Shown: positions 37,602-47,528 of the stretch, in pieces
Layout: each line of letters opens with the position of its first letter
Position numbering within the stretch: the first letter of the stretch is position 1
Assembly: GCA_044344255.1 (NCBI GenBank)
Contig: JBIJDH010000025.1
Location: 52,477-116,476, forward strand
Reading direction: 5' to 3'
DNA length: 64,000 nucleotides
Origin: Myxococcota bacterium
Lineage (GTDB): Bacteria; Myxococcota_A; UBA796; UBA2385
Made by a program: the position numbers and the translations under genes
The notes under the pieces: model-generated
Databases searched by the model: none
What the model was told of the DNA's origin: nothing
Seen by the model: only the letters and a program-made list of their open reading frames with translations

Positions 37602-40600
37602 ATGCTCCTGCTCACCCTGCTCCTCCCGCTCCCTGTCGCCCTCTCGAGCGAGCCCGCCCCGGCCTCGCCCTCCAAAGAGGAGAAGTCGGAGAAGGAGGAG
37701 CCCAAGTGGGACATCTCGGCGGCGCACGGGCCGGTGCACACCGCCCGCATCGACGTCACCGAGGGCACCTGGATGAGCCTCTCGGCGCACGACGACACGC
37801 TCGTCTTCGACCTCCTCGGCGATCTCTGGACGCTACCCCTGTCCGGCGGAGAGGCCCGGCGCTTGAGCTCGGGCCCCGCCTGGGACTCCGAGCCTCGCTG
37901 GAGCCCCGATGGGCAGTGGATCGCCTTCGTCTCCGACCGCGACGGCAACGAGCAGCTCTGGCGCATGAAGGCCGACGGCAGCGAGGCCGCCCAGGTCACC
38001 CACGAGGAGGAGGCCCGGGTGACCGACCCCGTCTGGGACCCCGCCGGGGACTACCTCATCGGCCGGCGGCGCACCGTCGACACGCGCAGCATCGGCGTCA
38101 CCGAGCTCTGGCAGTACCACCTCGACGGCGGCAAGGGCTTCGCGCTCACGAGCCTGGACGAGCACCCCCACGCCGGCGAGGTCACCACGGACGGCCGTTA
38201 CCTCTGGTACTCCGATCGCCACGGTCGCTTCGAGTACGGCGGCAACCCGGTCGCCGGCCTGTGGGACGTCTGGCGCCTCGACCGACAGACGGGCCAGGAC
38301 CTCCCGGTGATCAGCGGCGCCGGCAGCGCCTTCCGCCCCACCCGCTCGCCGGACGGCAGCCGCTTCGCCTTCGTGTCGCGGGACCGCACGAAGACCCTCC
38401 TCGAGCTCTTTGACCCCGCCACCGGCCGGCGGACGGTGCTCGCCGACTGGCTCAGCCACGATCAGGCCGAGGGCTTCGCGCTCCACGGGGTCTATCCGAG
38501 CATGGCCTGGGTCGACGGCGGCCAGGCCATCGCGCTCTGGGCGGGGGGCAAGCTCTGGAAGGTGGGCCTCGACGGCAAACGGACGGAGATCCCCTTTCAC
38601 GCGGCGGGCGACTGGACCTTCCACGACGTGCCGCGCCCGGTCCTGTCCACCGCGGACACGGTGCAATCCAAGGTCATCCGCTGGCCGGTGTGGAACCAGA
38701 AGGGGGCCCTGGCCTTCTCTTCTTTCGGTCAGCTCTGGCTGCGGGAGCCCGGGGGGGCCGTCTCCCGCCTCTCCCCGGGCACCGGCTACTCCCCCGCCTG
38801 GAGCCCCGACGGGAGCGCGCTCGCCTGGACCTCTTGGAGGGACTGCGCGGGCGACGGCCGGCCCTGCGGCGGGGCGCTGCACATCACCCGCGGCAAGAAG
38901 ACCGAGACCCTGCCCCTCCAGGGCCAGCTCGTGGCGCCGGCCTGGAACGAGGATGGCACCGAGCTCGTCGTGCTCCGGGGGGTGGGCGGCGGCACCAGCC
39001 CCGACCTCGGCGCCGAGCCCTGGTTCGAGCTCGTGCACCTGAAGAAGGAGAAGAAGGGCTGGACGAGCCGGGTGGTGACCTCGATGGTCAATCGCGGCAG
39101 CGCCAGCCGAGCCCCCCACCTCGCGTTGCGGGACGGCCGAGTGTGGTTCCTCGAGGACATGCCGGTGGAGGGGCGGAAGCCGGCGGAGGCCGGGCTCTCC
39201 TCGGTCGCCCTCGATGGCAAGGACAAGCGCACCCACCTCATCTTCAGCGCCGCCACGGAGCTCGTGCCCTCGCCCGACTGGCGGCGGGTGGCCTACAAGG
39301 AGGGCCACCAGGTGCGTGTCACCGCGCTGCCCACCGGGCCCGCGCCGGTGCGGGTGGGCGACGGCGCGCTGCCGAGCCGGGTGTACACAGACGTCGTGGG
39401 CGACTGGCTCTCCTGGACGCCCGACGGCCGCGCTCTGTCCTGGATCTCCGGCGCCACGGTCTATCGCCTCCCCATCCCCGACCTGAAGGAGCCCGCAGAT
39501 CCGAAGGTGCTGCCCAAGGCCGAGGCCCTGACCCTCGACGTCTCCCTCCCTCGTGCCCGCCCGGCGGGGGTCACCGCGCTGACGCACGCGCGCGTGATCT
39601 CGATGAAGGGCGATGAGGTGATCGAGGACGCCACGATCGTGGTGAAGGGGGACCGCATCGAGTCGGTCGTGAAGGGCGGCCCCGCGCCCGCCGGGGCCAC
39701 CGTGATCGACGGCACCGGCAAGACCGTCATCCCCGGCCTCATCGACGTGCACGCACACCTGCACTACACCGCCGGCGACATCTTCCCCGAGCAGGAGTGG
39801 CGCTACCTCACCGCGCTCGACTTCGGCGTCACGACGGTGCACGACCCCTCCGCCTCCACCGACCTTGTCTTCACCCAGGCCGAGCGGGTGGCCGCCGGGC
39901 TCGAGCGGGGGCCGCGGGTCTATTCTACCGGCTACATCCTCTACGGCGCCCTCGACGGACAAGGCGCGCCCACGCCCGATCGCGAGGCGGCGCTCCACGC
40001 GGTGCAACGCCAGAAGATCTCGGGTGCGCGCTCGGTGAAGGTCTATCAGCAGAGCCGCCGCGATCAGCGCCAGTGGTACATCGAGGCCTGCGTGAAGGAG
40101 GGGATGGTCTGCGCGGCCGAGGGCGGCGGCGACCTCTTCATGAACCTCAACATGGTGGCCGACGGCATGACCGCCATCGAGCACGCCCTGCCGGTGGCCC
40201 CGCTCTACGCCGACGTGCGGGCCTTCATGACCGCGAGCCGCAGCCCGGCGACGGGCGCCCTCGGGAGCGCCTACACGCCGACCTTGCTCGTCGCGTATGG
40301 CGGCGCCGAAGGGGAGCATTATTTCTATCAGCACGGCAACCCCCTCAACGACGCCCGTCTGCTGCGGCATCACCCCCGCCGGGAGCTCGACGCGCGCACC
40401 TGGCGGCTGCCCACCTTCAATCAGGATGACGACTGGAATTTTCAGGAGGTCGCCCGACAGGCGGCCAAGATGAAGCGGGACGGCCTGCTCGTGACCCTCG
40501 GGGCCCACGGTCAGCTCCAGGGCCTCGGCGCCCACTGGGAGCTCTGGGCCTTGGCCGGGCCGGGCGCGATGACCCCGCTGGAGGCGCTGCGCTCCGCCAC

Positions 40601-40760
40601 CCTCGACGGCGCGCGCTACCTGGGCCTCGACGCGGAGCTCGGCAGCATCGAGGCGGGCAAATTCGCTGACTTCATCGTGCTCAACGCCAACCCCCTCGAC
40701 GACATCCGCAACAGCACGAACATCGAGCTGGTGGTCAAGAACGGGGAGGCGTGGCGCTGA
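37602..40760 (+). CDS. Secreted amidohydrolase with N-terminal PD40/TolB-like propeller
   Basis: EGTWMSL..FDLLGD, PRWSPDG..IAFVSDRDG, PGLIDVHAH, GAHGQLQG, GSIEAGKFADF. Confidence 0.93.
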   Translation: MLLLTLLLPLPVALSSEPAPASPSKEEKSEKEEPKWDISAAHGPVHTARIDVTEGTWMSLSAHDDTLVFDLLGDLWTLPLSGGEARRLSSGPAWDSEPRWSPDGQWIAFVSDRDGNEQLWRMKADGSEAAQVTHEEEARVTDPVWDPAGDYLIGRRRTVDTRSIGVTELWQYHLDGGKGFALTSLDEHPHAGEVTTDGRYLWYSDRHGRFEYGGNPVAGLWDVWRLDRQTGQDLPVISGAGSAFRPTRSPDGSRFAFVSRDRTKTLLELFDPATGRRTVLADWLSHDQAEGFALHGVYPSMAWVDGGQAIALWAGGKLWKVGLDGKRTEIPFHAAGDWTFHDVPRPVLSTADTVQSKVIRWPVWNQKGALAFSSFGQLWLREPGGAVSRLSPGTGYSPAWSPDGSALAWTSWRDCAGDGRPCGGALHITRGKKTETLPLQGQLVAPAWNEDGTELVVLRGVGGGTSPDLGAEPWFELVHLKKEKKGWTSRVVTSMVNRGSASRAPHLALRDGRVWFLEDMPVEGRKPAEAGLSSVALDGKDKRTHLIFSAATELVPSPDWRRVAYKEGHQVRVTALPTGPAPVRVGDGALPSRVYTDVVGDWLSWTPDGRALSWISGATVYRLPIPDLKEPADPKVLPKAEALTLDVSLPRARPAGVTALTHARVISMKGDEVIEDATIVVKGDRIESVVKGGPAPAGATVIDGTGKTVIPGLIDVHAHLHYTAGDIFPEQEWRYLTALDFGVTTVHDPSASTDLVFTQAERVAAGLERGPRVYSTGYILYGALDGQGAPTPDREAALHAVQRQKISGARSVKVYQQSRRDQRQWYIEACVKEGMVCAAEGGGDLFMNLNMVADGMTAIEHALPVAPLYADVRAFMTASRSPATGALGSAYTPTLLVAYGGAEGEHYFYQHGNPLNDARLLRHHPRRELDARTWRLPTFNQDDDWNFQEVARQAAKMKRDGLLVTLGAHGQLQGLGAHWELWALAGPGAMTPLEALRSATLDGARYLGLDAELGSIEAGKFADFIVLNANPLDDIRNSTNIELVVKNGEAWR

Positions 40761-40843
40761 GGCGCCTGAGTACGGCCTGGCGCCCCCAGGTGAGGTGACG
40801 GTGCGAGTTGACGGCGGGGGGCGGAGTCTGGGAAGCTCCGCCG

Positions 40844-42364
40844 ATGCGAATCCAGCCCGCCATCGGCCTCGCGCTCGGGTGCGCCGGGCTCCTCGTCGCG
40901 ATCCTCGTCGGCGCCGCTCCTTCGGGTGCTCCGGCTGATCCGGTGGGTCCGCCGTCGATCGTGCTCATCTCTATCGACACCCTGCGGGCCGACCGCCTCG
41001 GGGCCTTTGGGGCGGCGGGCGGCCTCAGCCCGAACCTCGACGCCTTCGCCGCGGAGGCCACCGTCTTCACGCAGACCTACAGCCAGGCCGTGCAGACGGC
41101 GCCCTCCCACACGAGCCTGTTCACGAGCCGCTACCCGAGCGAGCAGGTGGGCTCCGATCGCCAGCCCTACGTGCCGCCGGGCATGCCGCTGCTCGCCGAG
41201 GTGCTGCAGCTCTATGGCTACCACACCGGCGCCTTCGTCGGCGGGGCCGATCTCTCGCTCTATCGAGCCCTCAACATCGGCTTCGACGCCTACGAGACCT
41301 CCATCGACTTCGGCTCGCTCTGGCACACGAGCCCGCTCGCGCTCCAGTGGCTCGACGCCCTCCCCGACGACGACGCGCCCTTCTTCTTGTTCGTCCACGG
41401 CTACGACACCCACTCCCGCTACCTCAAGCCCACCCCCTTCGGCTACGCGCACGCCGACCGCTCCTTTGAGGGGCCCGGCCAGCGCGCCGTACGCACCACC
41501 ACCGAGCGCATCATCGACGGGGTGCTCTATCGGGACTTCGCCCCGCTGCTGTGGTCCTACGAGATGTTCTTGCGGCCGCGGCTCCCCGAGAACCGGGAGC
41601 AGACGAAGAAGATGGCCTTGGCGATGACGGACGATCCCGATCCGCTGAGCGCCGAGGACGCCGCGGTCATCGCCGGGGTCTACGACGGGGCGGTCGGCTA
41701 CGCCGACACGATGTTCGGCCTCCTCATGGCCTCCCTGCAAGATCGCGGGGTGCTCGACGAGGCCTATGTGATCGTGCTCTCTGACCACGGCGAGCAGCTC
41801 GGAGAGCGCGGCATCTATGGGCACTGCTGTGAGACGAATGACGAAGAGACCCATGTCCCCTTGATGATCCGCGCGCCGCGCGGGGAGGGCGCCGGGCGAC
41901 GGGTGGACGGCTTCGTGGAGCTGGTGGACGTGATGCCCACCGTGCTCGAGCTCGCCCAGGCCCGAGAGCCCGCCACGATGCGCGGTCGGTCCCTCACCGC
42001 CGCCCTGCGTGGGGAGCCCTTCGTCGGGCGGCCCTACGCCTTCACCGAGGGCACCGAGACGATGCGGGTGGTGTCGATGCGGGCCCCAGAGGTCCGCCTC
42101 TCCTACGTGGGCCTGTCGGCGACCTCGGCCCTGCTCCCCGACCTCATCGCCGCGGCCCCCTTGGAGAGCCGAGGCTTCCAGCTCGACGGCGCTGGTGCGG
42201 GGGGCGTCCCGGCGGCAAGACAGGCCGAGCTGCGCGGGGCGCTGGTCGACTGGCTGCGGGGGCTCTCCCCGCCGCCCATTCAGGGCAAGGGCAAGAAGAA
42301 GGCGATGCCGAGCGAGCTCAAGCAGGCGCTCAAGGAGCATGGTTATTGGGACCTGCCCGAATGA
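40844..42364 (+). CDS. Sulfatase-like hydrolase/transferase (Thr at nucleophile position)
   Basis: IVLISIDTLRADRLG, QTAPSH, SDHGE, HVPL, LKEHGYW. Confidence 0.9.
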   Translation: MRIQPAIGLALGCAGLLVAILVGAAPSGAPADPVGPPSIVLISIDTLRADRLGAFGAAGGLSPNLDAFAAEATVFTQTYSQAVQTAPSHTSLFTSRYPSEQVGSDRQPYVPPGMPLLAEVLQLYGYHTGAFVGGADLSLYRALNIGFDAYETSIDFGSLWHTSPLALQWLDALPDDDAPFFLFVHGYDTHSRYLKPTPFGYAHADRSFEGPGQRAVRTTTERIIDGVLYRDFAPLLWSYEMFLRPRLPENREQTKKMALAMTDDPDPLSAEDAAVIAGVYDGAVGYADTMFGLLMASLQDRGVLDEAYVIVLSDHGEQLGERGIYGHCCETNDEETHVPLMIRAPRGEGAGRRVDGFVELVDVMPTVLELAQAREPATMRGRSLTAALRGEPFVGRPYAFTEGTETMRVVSMRAPEVRLSYVGLSATSALLPDLIAAAPLESRGFQLDGAGAGGVPAARQAELRGALVDWLRGLSPPPIQGKGKKKAMPSELKQALKEHGYWDLPE

Positions 42365-43410
42365 TCGCCGCTCGCCCCTGCGGTGCCCGCACGTGGCCCT
42401 TGCCGCTGCTCCTGCTGCTCGTCGCCTGCGGGCCCACCGGCCCCTGGACCCGCGAGCGGGCCCTCCGACCGGTCCACGACCGGCTGGACGCCGACAAGGA
42501 CGGGCGGGTGAGCGCTGCGGAGTACGACGAGGTGGCCTTCTACGCCCCCTCCTTCCCCGAGGCGGACGGCGACGGTGACGGCGCGCTCTCGGTCGAGGAG
42601 ATCGACGCGCTCGCCCTGTCTCAAGACCCGAGCACCTTCTTTGATCCGCGCACGATGCTCGGCCCACCGGGGCTCCCCCCGCCGCCCGGGGGACGCGAAG
42701 GGAAGGCGGGCGGCCCTGCGCGCGGTCGGGGCGGCGGTCCGGGCGGCGGTCCGGGCGGCGGTCCGGGCGGCGGGCCGGACTCGGCGCCAGGCGGCGGGCC
42801 CGTTCGGGGGCCCGGTGGACCCCAGGGTTCGAACAAGGACGACGCGGTCATCGGGATCCCCGCCGACTGGGCCCCAGCCACCGAGACCCGGCTCCCAGAC
42901 GACCCGGAGCGCGCGGCGCAGGGTCCGAAGGATGAGGCCGCGGCGCAGGATCCGAAGGATGAGGCCGCGGCGCAGGATCCGAAGGATGAGGCCGCGGCGC
43001 AGGATCCGGGGCCGCGGGGCAAGGCCGGCGGGCGACGGGGCGGTGCCCGAGGTGGTGGTGGGGCCGGGGGGCCCCAGGATGGCGGCCCCAAGCACCTCGG
43101 CGGGCCCTCGATGGGCGGTCCCTCGGACCGCTTTCGCCCGCCCCCTTCGCTCCTCGTGCTGGAGATCCTGCTCGCCGAGCTGCGGGCCAAGGACCCCTCC
43201 GTCCCGCTCCCTGACAAGGCGCGGGTGGAGCTCATCGGCCGCAGCGGGCGCCTCGACTCCATCGCCGCGCGCGAGCTGCTGGCCGAGCTCCAGGTGTCCT
43301 ACACGAAGGTCGGGCTCGAATTCCCTGCGGGGCTCCAGAGCCCCCCCGACGGCGCCACCCCCACCGCGCCGCTCGGCGGATCGACGGCCCCCGTGAACAG
43401 CGCCCCGTGA
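42361..43410 (+). CDS. EF-hand lipoprotein with Gly/Pro-rich repeats
   Basis: Lipobox LVAC; DADKDGRVSAAE and DGDGDGALSVEE loops; ATG overlaps the upstream stop. Confidence 0.8.
   Translation: MIAARPCGARTWPLPLLLLLVACGPTGPWTRERALRPVHDRLDADKDGRVSAAEYDEVAFYAPSFPEADGDGDGALSVEEIDALALSQDPSTFFDPRTMLGPPGLPPPPGGREGKAGGPARGRGGGPGGGPGGGPGGGPDSAPGGGPVRGPGGPQGSNKDDAVIGIPADWAPATETRLPDDPERAAQGPKDEAAAQDPKDEAAAQDPKDEAAAQDPGPRGKAGGRRGGARGGGGAGGPQDGGPKHLGGPSMGGPSDRFRPPPSLLVLEILLAELRAKDPSVPLPDKARVELIGRSGRLDSIAARELLAELQVSYTKVGLEFPAGLQSPPDGATPTAPLGGSTAPVNSAP
42913..43008. repeat. 27-bp tandem repeat x3.5 (AAQDPKDEA)
   Basis: gcggcgcaggatccgaaggatgaggcc repeated in frame. Confidence 0.9.
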
Positions 43411-43480
43411 CGACGGACCACCGAAGGGGTGAGCGCGCCTCGTCGGTGTGGCGCGGCGGGCTGGGTGCTACGACGGGGTG

Positions 43481-44713
43481 ATGCGCGTCCTCTCCCTGCA
43501 CAGCCGCCTCTCCGACCGCGGCGGCGCCGATCGCTGGCTGCTCGGCCACCTCGCCCGCCTCCAGGCTGAGCACGAGACCCGCCTCGTCGTGGGGCAGCTA
43601 GATCCGCGGCTCGATCCCGCCGAGCGCGCCCGCGTGGGGGCGGTGACGCGGGTGGCGGGCCTCGAGCTCGGGGGCCTCGGCCGCCCGACCCCTGCCCGCG
43701 CCCTCGCCGCGCTCTCGGCGGAGATCGAGCGCTTCGCTCCCGACGTGCTGCACCTCAACGACGTCGTCGATGTCGGTGTCCTCGGCCTCGCCGCGGCGAC
43801 CGGGCGGGCGGTGATGACCGTGCAAGACCACCGCTGCTTCTGCCCCGGCCGCGGCAAGGTGATGCCCGACGGCGCGCCCTGTCGGAGCTCAATGGGCCCG
43901 GCCTGCGCCGCCTGCAACCCGGACCCCGACTACGGGCCCCGGCTCCTCGCGCTCACCGGCGCCCGCCTCGAGGCCCTCTCGCGGATGGCGGCGGTCACGG
44001 TGCTCTCGCGGTACATGGCCGATGAGCTCGTCGCCGCGGGCCTCCCCGGTGAGCGTGTCACCGTCATCCCCCCCTTCGTCGACGCGCTCGGGGCGCCCGC
44101 CCCGTCGGGCCCCGCCGCCTATCACCTGCTGGCCGGGCGCCTCGCGCAGCACAAGGGCGTGGCCGTGGCGCTCGAGGCGGCGCAGCGGCGCGGAGGGAGC
44201 GTGGGCGCCCTGCCGCTCGTGGTCGCCGGGGCGGGCCCGCTGGAGGGGGCCGTCCGAGCGGCCGCCGCCGCCGCGCCCGAGGCCGTCCGCTTCGTCGGCT
44301 GGGCCGATCGGCCGGGGATGGAGGGCCTCCTGTCGGGCGCGCGCTCCCTGTGGCTGCCGAGCCTGTGGGCCGAGCCCTTCGGCATCATCGGCCTCGAGGC
44401 CCTGGCGGCCGGCGTGCCCGTGATCGCGACCCCAGTGGGCGGGGTGACGGAGTGGCTGGTTGAGGACGGGCTGTGTGTGCCCCCGGGAGACGCCCGCGCC
44501 CTCGCCGCCGCGGCAGACGCCCTCGACGCGCAGCCTGACAGGGCCCTGCGCCTGGGCGAGCGGGGCCGGCTGCGGGTCTCCGAGGGCTACGCGCCGGCCG
44601 CCCTCATCGACCGCCTCGTCCGTGTGCTCCAGACTGTCGCCCAGCGAGGATGCACAGCTCACCGTGATCCCCATGCACCCGATGCTCCCAGCGGAGGCCG
44701 CGGGCCTCGATGA
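43481..44713 (+). CDS. Glycosyltransferase family 4
   Basis: GRLAQHKG, PSLWAEPFGIIGLEALAAGVPVI; Cys cluster C..C..C..C in the N-terminal domain. Confidence 0.9.
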   Translation: MRVLSLHSRLSDRGGADRWLLGHLARLQAEHETRLVVGQLDPRLDPAERARVGAVTRVAGLELGGLGRPTPARALAALSAEIERFAPDVLHLNDVVDVGVLGLAAATGRAVMTVQDHRCFCPGRGKVMPDGAPCRSSMGPACAACNPDPDYGPRLLALTGARLEALSRMAAVTVLSRYMADELVAAGLPGERVTVIPPFVDALGAPAPSGPAAYHLLAGRLAQHKGVAVALEAAQRRGGSVGALPLVVAGAGPLEGAVRAAAAAAPEAVRFVGWADRPGMEGLLSGARSLWLPSLWAEPFGIIGLEALAAGVPVIATPVGGVTEWLVEDGLCVPPGDARALAAAADALDAQPDRALRLGERGRLRVSEGYAPAALIDRLVRVLQTVAQRGCTAHRDPHAPDAPSGGRGPR

Positions 44714-45125
44714 AGGGGTAGAGCGCGATGGGCTCGACGTGGTGGAGGACCCGGAGGGGGAGATAGCCCTCATCGAGCTTCTCGAGCACCTGCCGCACCG
44801 GCGCGGGGTGCTCGAGCCCGCGGAGGTCGAGGGTGCCAGGGCCCGCCGAGCCGGGGGTTGCCGGATGAGCGGCGGGCCGCGTCTCCACCGAAGGGGCGGC
44901 GGCGCCCGCGGCGCCGGGGCCGGGGCCGTTGAGGCAGTCGAGCAGCCGCTCCAGGGGCAGTCCGGTGAGGCGCGCGGCCCCGCGGGCGGTGAGGGCCTTC
45001 GCCAGCGCCCTCCCGAGCAGGGGGCCCCGCAGCCGCCGGAAGGCGGGGTGGAGGGCGGTGAGGCGGGGCTGGAGCTCCGGATGGGCCCGGAGCGCGTCGG
45101 ACAGGCGAGAGTCGGCGGTGAACAT
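44604..45125 (-). CDS. DUF1858 + DUF2249 domain protein
   Basis: N-terminal L..HPEL...L...HPAF..L..P (DUF1858-like); LDLRGLEHPAP...EPIALYP (DUF2249-like). Confidence 0.82.
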   Translation of the reverse strand: MFTADSRLSDALRAHPELQPRLTALHPAFRRLRGPLLGRALAKALTARGAARLTGLPLERLLDCLNGPGPGAAGAAAPSVETRPAAHPATPGSAGPGTLDLRGLEHPAPVRQVLEKLDEGYLPLRVLHHVEPIALYPFIEARGLRWEHRVHGDHGELCILAGRQSGAHGRGGR

Positions 45126-45137
45126 GATGCAGGTCAG

Positions 45138-45154
45138 TGCAAGGGGCGTACCAG
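45138..45154 (-). promoter_or_regulatory. Sigma54 (-24/-12) promoter
   Basis: Minus strand CTGGTACGCCCCTTGCA, GG-N10-GC, 13 nt upstream of ATG 45125. Confidence 0.7.
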
Positions 45155-45237
45155 CCACAAAGGCGCGGCCAGGGCGCCGATCGGGCCGCGGCCTGCTCCG
45201 ATTCGCCCAGGGCCTGTGGGATCTGGCCCAGGGTCGG

Positions 45238-47160
45238 TCAGGGCGCCCCCGGCTTCTGGAAGGGGCGCCCCGGACGGCGGTCGGTCTCGTCGAAGCGGGC
45301 CTCGCGCCGCACGTTCGCCTCGGCGCCGCTCTCGATGAAGCCACCGTCGCGGCTGAGCTCGCCCTTCCCGCAATTGACGCTCACGTCGGCGTCGAAGTTG
45401 TGCGGGTCGCAGGCGGTGATGAAGCCGAGGAGCAGGAAGCGGGGCGGCACCGCGCCGAGGTTCATGCCGGACTGGAAGAGGAGCTGCAGCTTGACGAGGT
45501 CCATCAGCATGCGGGCGCTGTCGCGGGTCACGCCGTGGCGGCCGAGCGCGGCGAGGAGGCTGGCCTTGGCCCGCACGGGGTGGTCCTCGAAGAGGGCGGC
45601 GTAGCGGTCGGTGGCGGCCTCGAGGGCCTTCAGGTCCATGAGCTCGGCCATCGGCCGGCCGTGGCCCTGGCCGTCGCGGGCGACGAGGTAATGCTGCACA
45701 TAGAGGCACTTCTTGACCGCGAAGGCCGAGAGGAGCGCGAAGTAGAGGCGGTTGAAACGGCGGATGTCTTCGCGGTGGATGCCGGGCTCCTGCGCGCAGA
45801 GGAGATCGATGATCTCGTCGGGCATCATCGCCATCTCCGAGAGGGGGTTGCCGCCGATAGTGCCGGCGTCCCGCGCGCTCCCGAGCACCCGCAGGCCAAG
45901 GAAGAAGACCTCGCGGATGTGGTCGTTCTCCGGCTGGAGGGCGAAGCGGTAGGTGGTGCCCACCTGGGCCTCGTTGAGCCCGCGGGCCACCACGACGATG
46001 AGGCTGGTGGCGATGCCGAGCTTGCGGAGGTTCTCGAGGGCCTTCATGCGGGCCTTCACGAGCGGCCGCCCGCGGAGGGCCTTGTTGGCGACCTCGTCAA
46101 AGCCGTCGAACTGGAGGAAGACCTCGTCCACCCCCGCGTCCTTGAGCGAGCGGGCGTAGTCGTAGTCGGCGAGCTTGAGCCCGTTCGTGTGGAGCGCGGC
46201 GATGTTCCCGGTGGCCTTGACCTTGCGGATCCAGTCGGCGAGGTCTTCCCGCAGCGTGGGCTCGGCGGCCATGAGATCGACCTTGATGCCGCGCCGCTCG
46301 GAGAGCAGGGCCTGGAGGCCGGAGAGGTCGAGGTCGGGGGTGTCCTCGGTGTTGGCCTTGGCGAGGCAGATGGGGCAGGCGAGGTTGCAGCGCTCCGTCA
46401 TGCGGAGGATGTAGTCCCGCTGCGGATAGGCGCGCTTGTTCACCTTGAAGTAGTAGCGGTCGAGGTCCTCCCAGTAGGCCGGCGCGCGGCTCAGGAGCTG
46501 GACGCTGCTGCCGTGGGTGGGGCAGTGCTTGACGAGGTTGACCTCGGTCTCCGAGCGGATGACCTCGGCGGGCACGGCCTGGAGGCAGGTGTGGCAGTGG
46601 CCCGAGGTGCGGCGCAGCACGGTGCCCACGGGCCCGGGCGTGGCGCTGGCGGCGGGCCCGGAGGTGGGATCGGCGGCGGCCGGCAGGGGGCCCGACGACC
46701 AGCGCTCGAGCAGCTCCATGGCCATCGGGAAGAGGCGCTCCTCCTCCTTCGTCGCGTGCTCTTCGAGCTCATCCAGCAGCGTGAGGATGCGGCCCTCGAG
46801 CGGCCCCGCCTCGCCGGCCGCGACCCGCAGCGCGTCGGCGATGGTGCGCATCTCGTCGAGCTCGTAGCGCATCCCGTGCAGCGGCTCCTCGTAGCCGGTC
46901 TCCGGGGTCTGGCCGGCCGCCATCGCCGCCAGGGCGGGGAAGACCGCCTCCTCCTCCACCGCGAGGTGGGACTCAAGGCTGCGGATGAAGTGGGCCCAGG
47001 GCGCCGTGAACCGAGGGGTGAGGGTGCGGGCCGCCAGCTCCGTGTCGAGGGCCTGGAGCTCTGTGCGCAGGTGCACATGGGCCGACAGGGCGAGCTCACA
47101 AGCGGCGAGGATCGGGTGGGGCGCGGGAGTCGCGACGGGGACGGCGTGATCGGCGGCCAT
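45238..47160 (-). CDS. Hemerythrin domain-radical SAM fusion (Tes/MJ0619-like radical SAM)
   Basis: HHE motifs H..., HLAVEE..VFP, HATKEE..LFP; then CHTC-x20-CPTHG, CNLACPIC, EPTLR, TNG, LQFDG, DxxNFD..C; GGAG RBS. Confidence 0.88.
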   Translation of the reverse strand: MAADHAVPVATPAPHPILAACELALSAHVHLRTELQALDTELAARTLTPRFTAPWAHFIRSLESHLAVEEEAVFPALAAMAAGQTPETGYEEPLHGMRYELDEMRTIADALRVAAGEAGPLEGRILTLLDELEEHATKEEERLFPMAMELLERWSSGPLPAAADPTSGPAASATPGPVGTVLRRTSGHCHTCLQAVPAEVIRSETEVNLVKHCPTHGSSVQLLSRAPAYWEDLDRYYFKVNKRAYPQRDYILRMTERCNLACPICLAKANTEDTPDLDLSGLQALLSERRGIKVDLMAAEPTLREDLADWIRKVKATGNIAALHTNGLKLADYDYARSLKDAGVDEVFLQFDGFDEVANKALRGRPLVKARMKALENLRKLGIATSLIVVVARGLNEAQVGTTYRFALQPENDHIREVFFLGLRVLGSARDAGTIGGNPLSEMAMMPDEIIDLLCAQEPGIHREDIRRFNRLYFALLSAFAVKKCLYVQHYLVARDGQGHGRPMAELMDLKALEAATDRYAALFEDHPVRAKASLLAALGRHGVTRDSARMLMDLVKLQLLFQSGMNLGAVPPRFLLLGFITACDPHNFDADVSVNCGKGELSRDGGFIESGAEANVRREARFDETDRRPGRPFQKPGAP

Positions 47161-47194
47161 GGGGGCTCCGGAGGCGGGAGGGTGCCCGGATCTG

Positions 47195-47211
47195 CGCAAG
47201 GCGCGTGCCAG
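47195..47211 (-). promoter_or_regulatory. Sigma54 (-24/-12) promoter
   Basis: Minus strand CTGGCACGCGCCTTGCG, near-perfect match to YTGGCACG-N4-TTGC. Confidence 0.8.
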
Positions 47212-47438
47212 GACCGATCGCCGCGGTGTCGTCCGTCCGCGGGCTCTCCAGCCTTCGAGCCGTCCCGAGGTGAACGACGGCGCACCCAAAGGAACGGTTC
47301 GGCGCGCGCGGGTGTGAGCGCGGCGCGCCCCGCTCCTGCCCCCACGCGGGCGCTCGGCCGCCGGCGGGAGCTCGCCGAGATAACACTAATAGAACGAGGA
47401 TATTTCAGACTCTTCGGGCGGCCGGCGACCGCCGGAGG

Positions 47439-47455
47439 TTGGCCCGGACCTTGCA
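47439..47455 (+). promoter_or_regulatory. Sigma54 (-24/-12) promoter
   Basis: TTGGCCCGGACCTTGCA, GG-N10-GC; AT-rich tract at 47380-47407 just upstream. Confidence 0.7.
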
Positions 47456-47528
47456 AAACCTCCGCTCGGTCGGGCGCGGCGGTCGGCGCCCCACGCCCGG
47501 CCGATCAGCCACTCAGGAGGGGAGCCCC

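Noticed and set aside
47212..47438. NorR boxes or a consensus IHF site between the divergent sigma54 promoters
   Set aside because: No convincing GT-N7-AC triplet or WATCAA-N4-TTR match by eye; only an AT-rich tract is supported.
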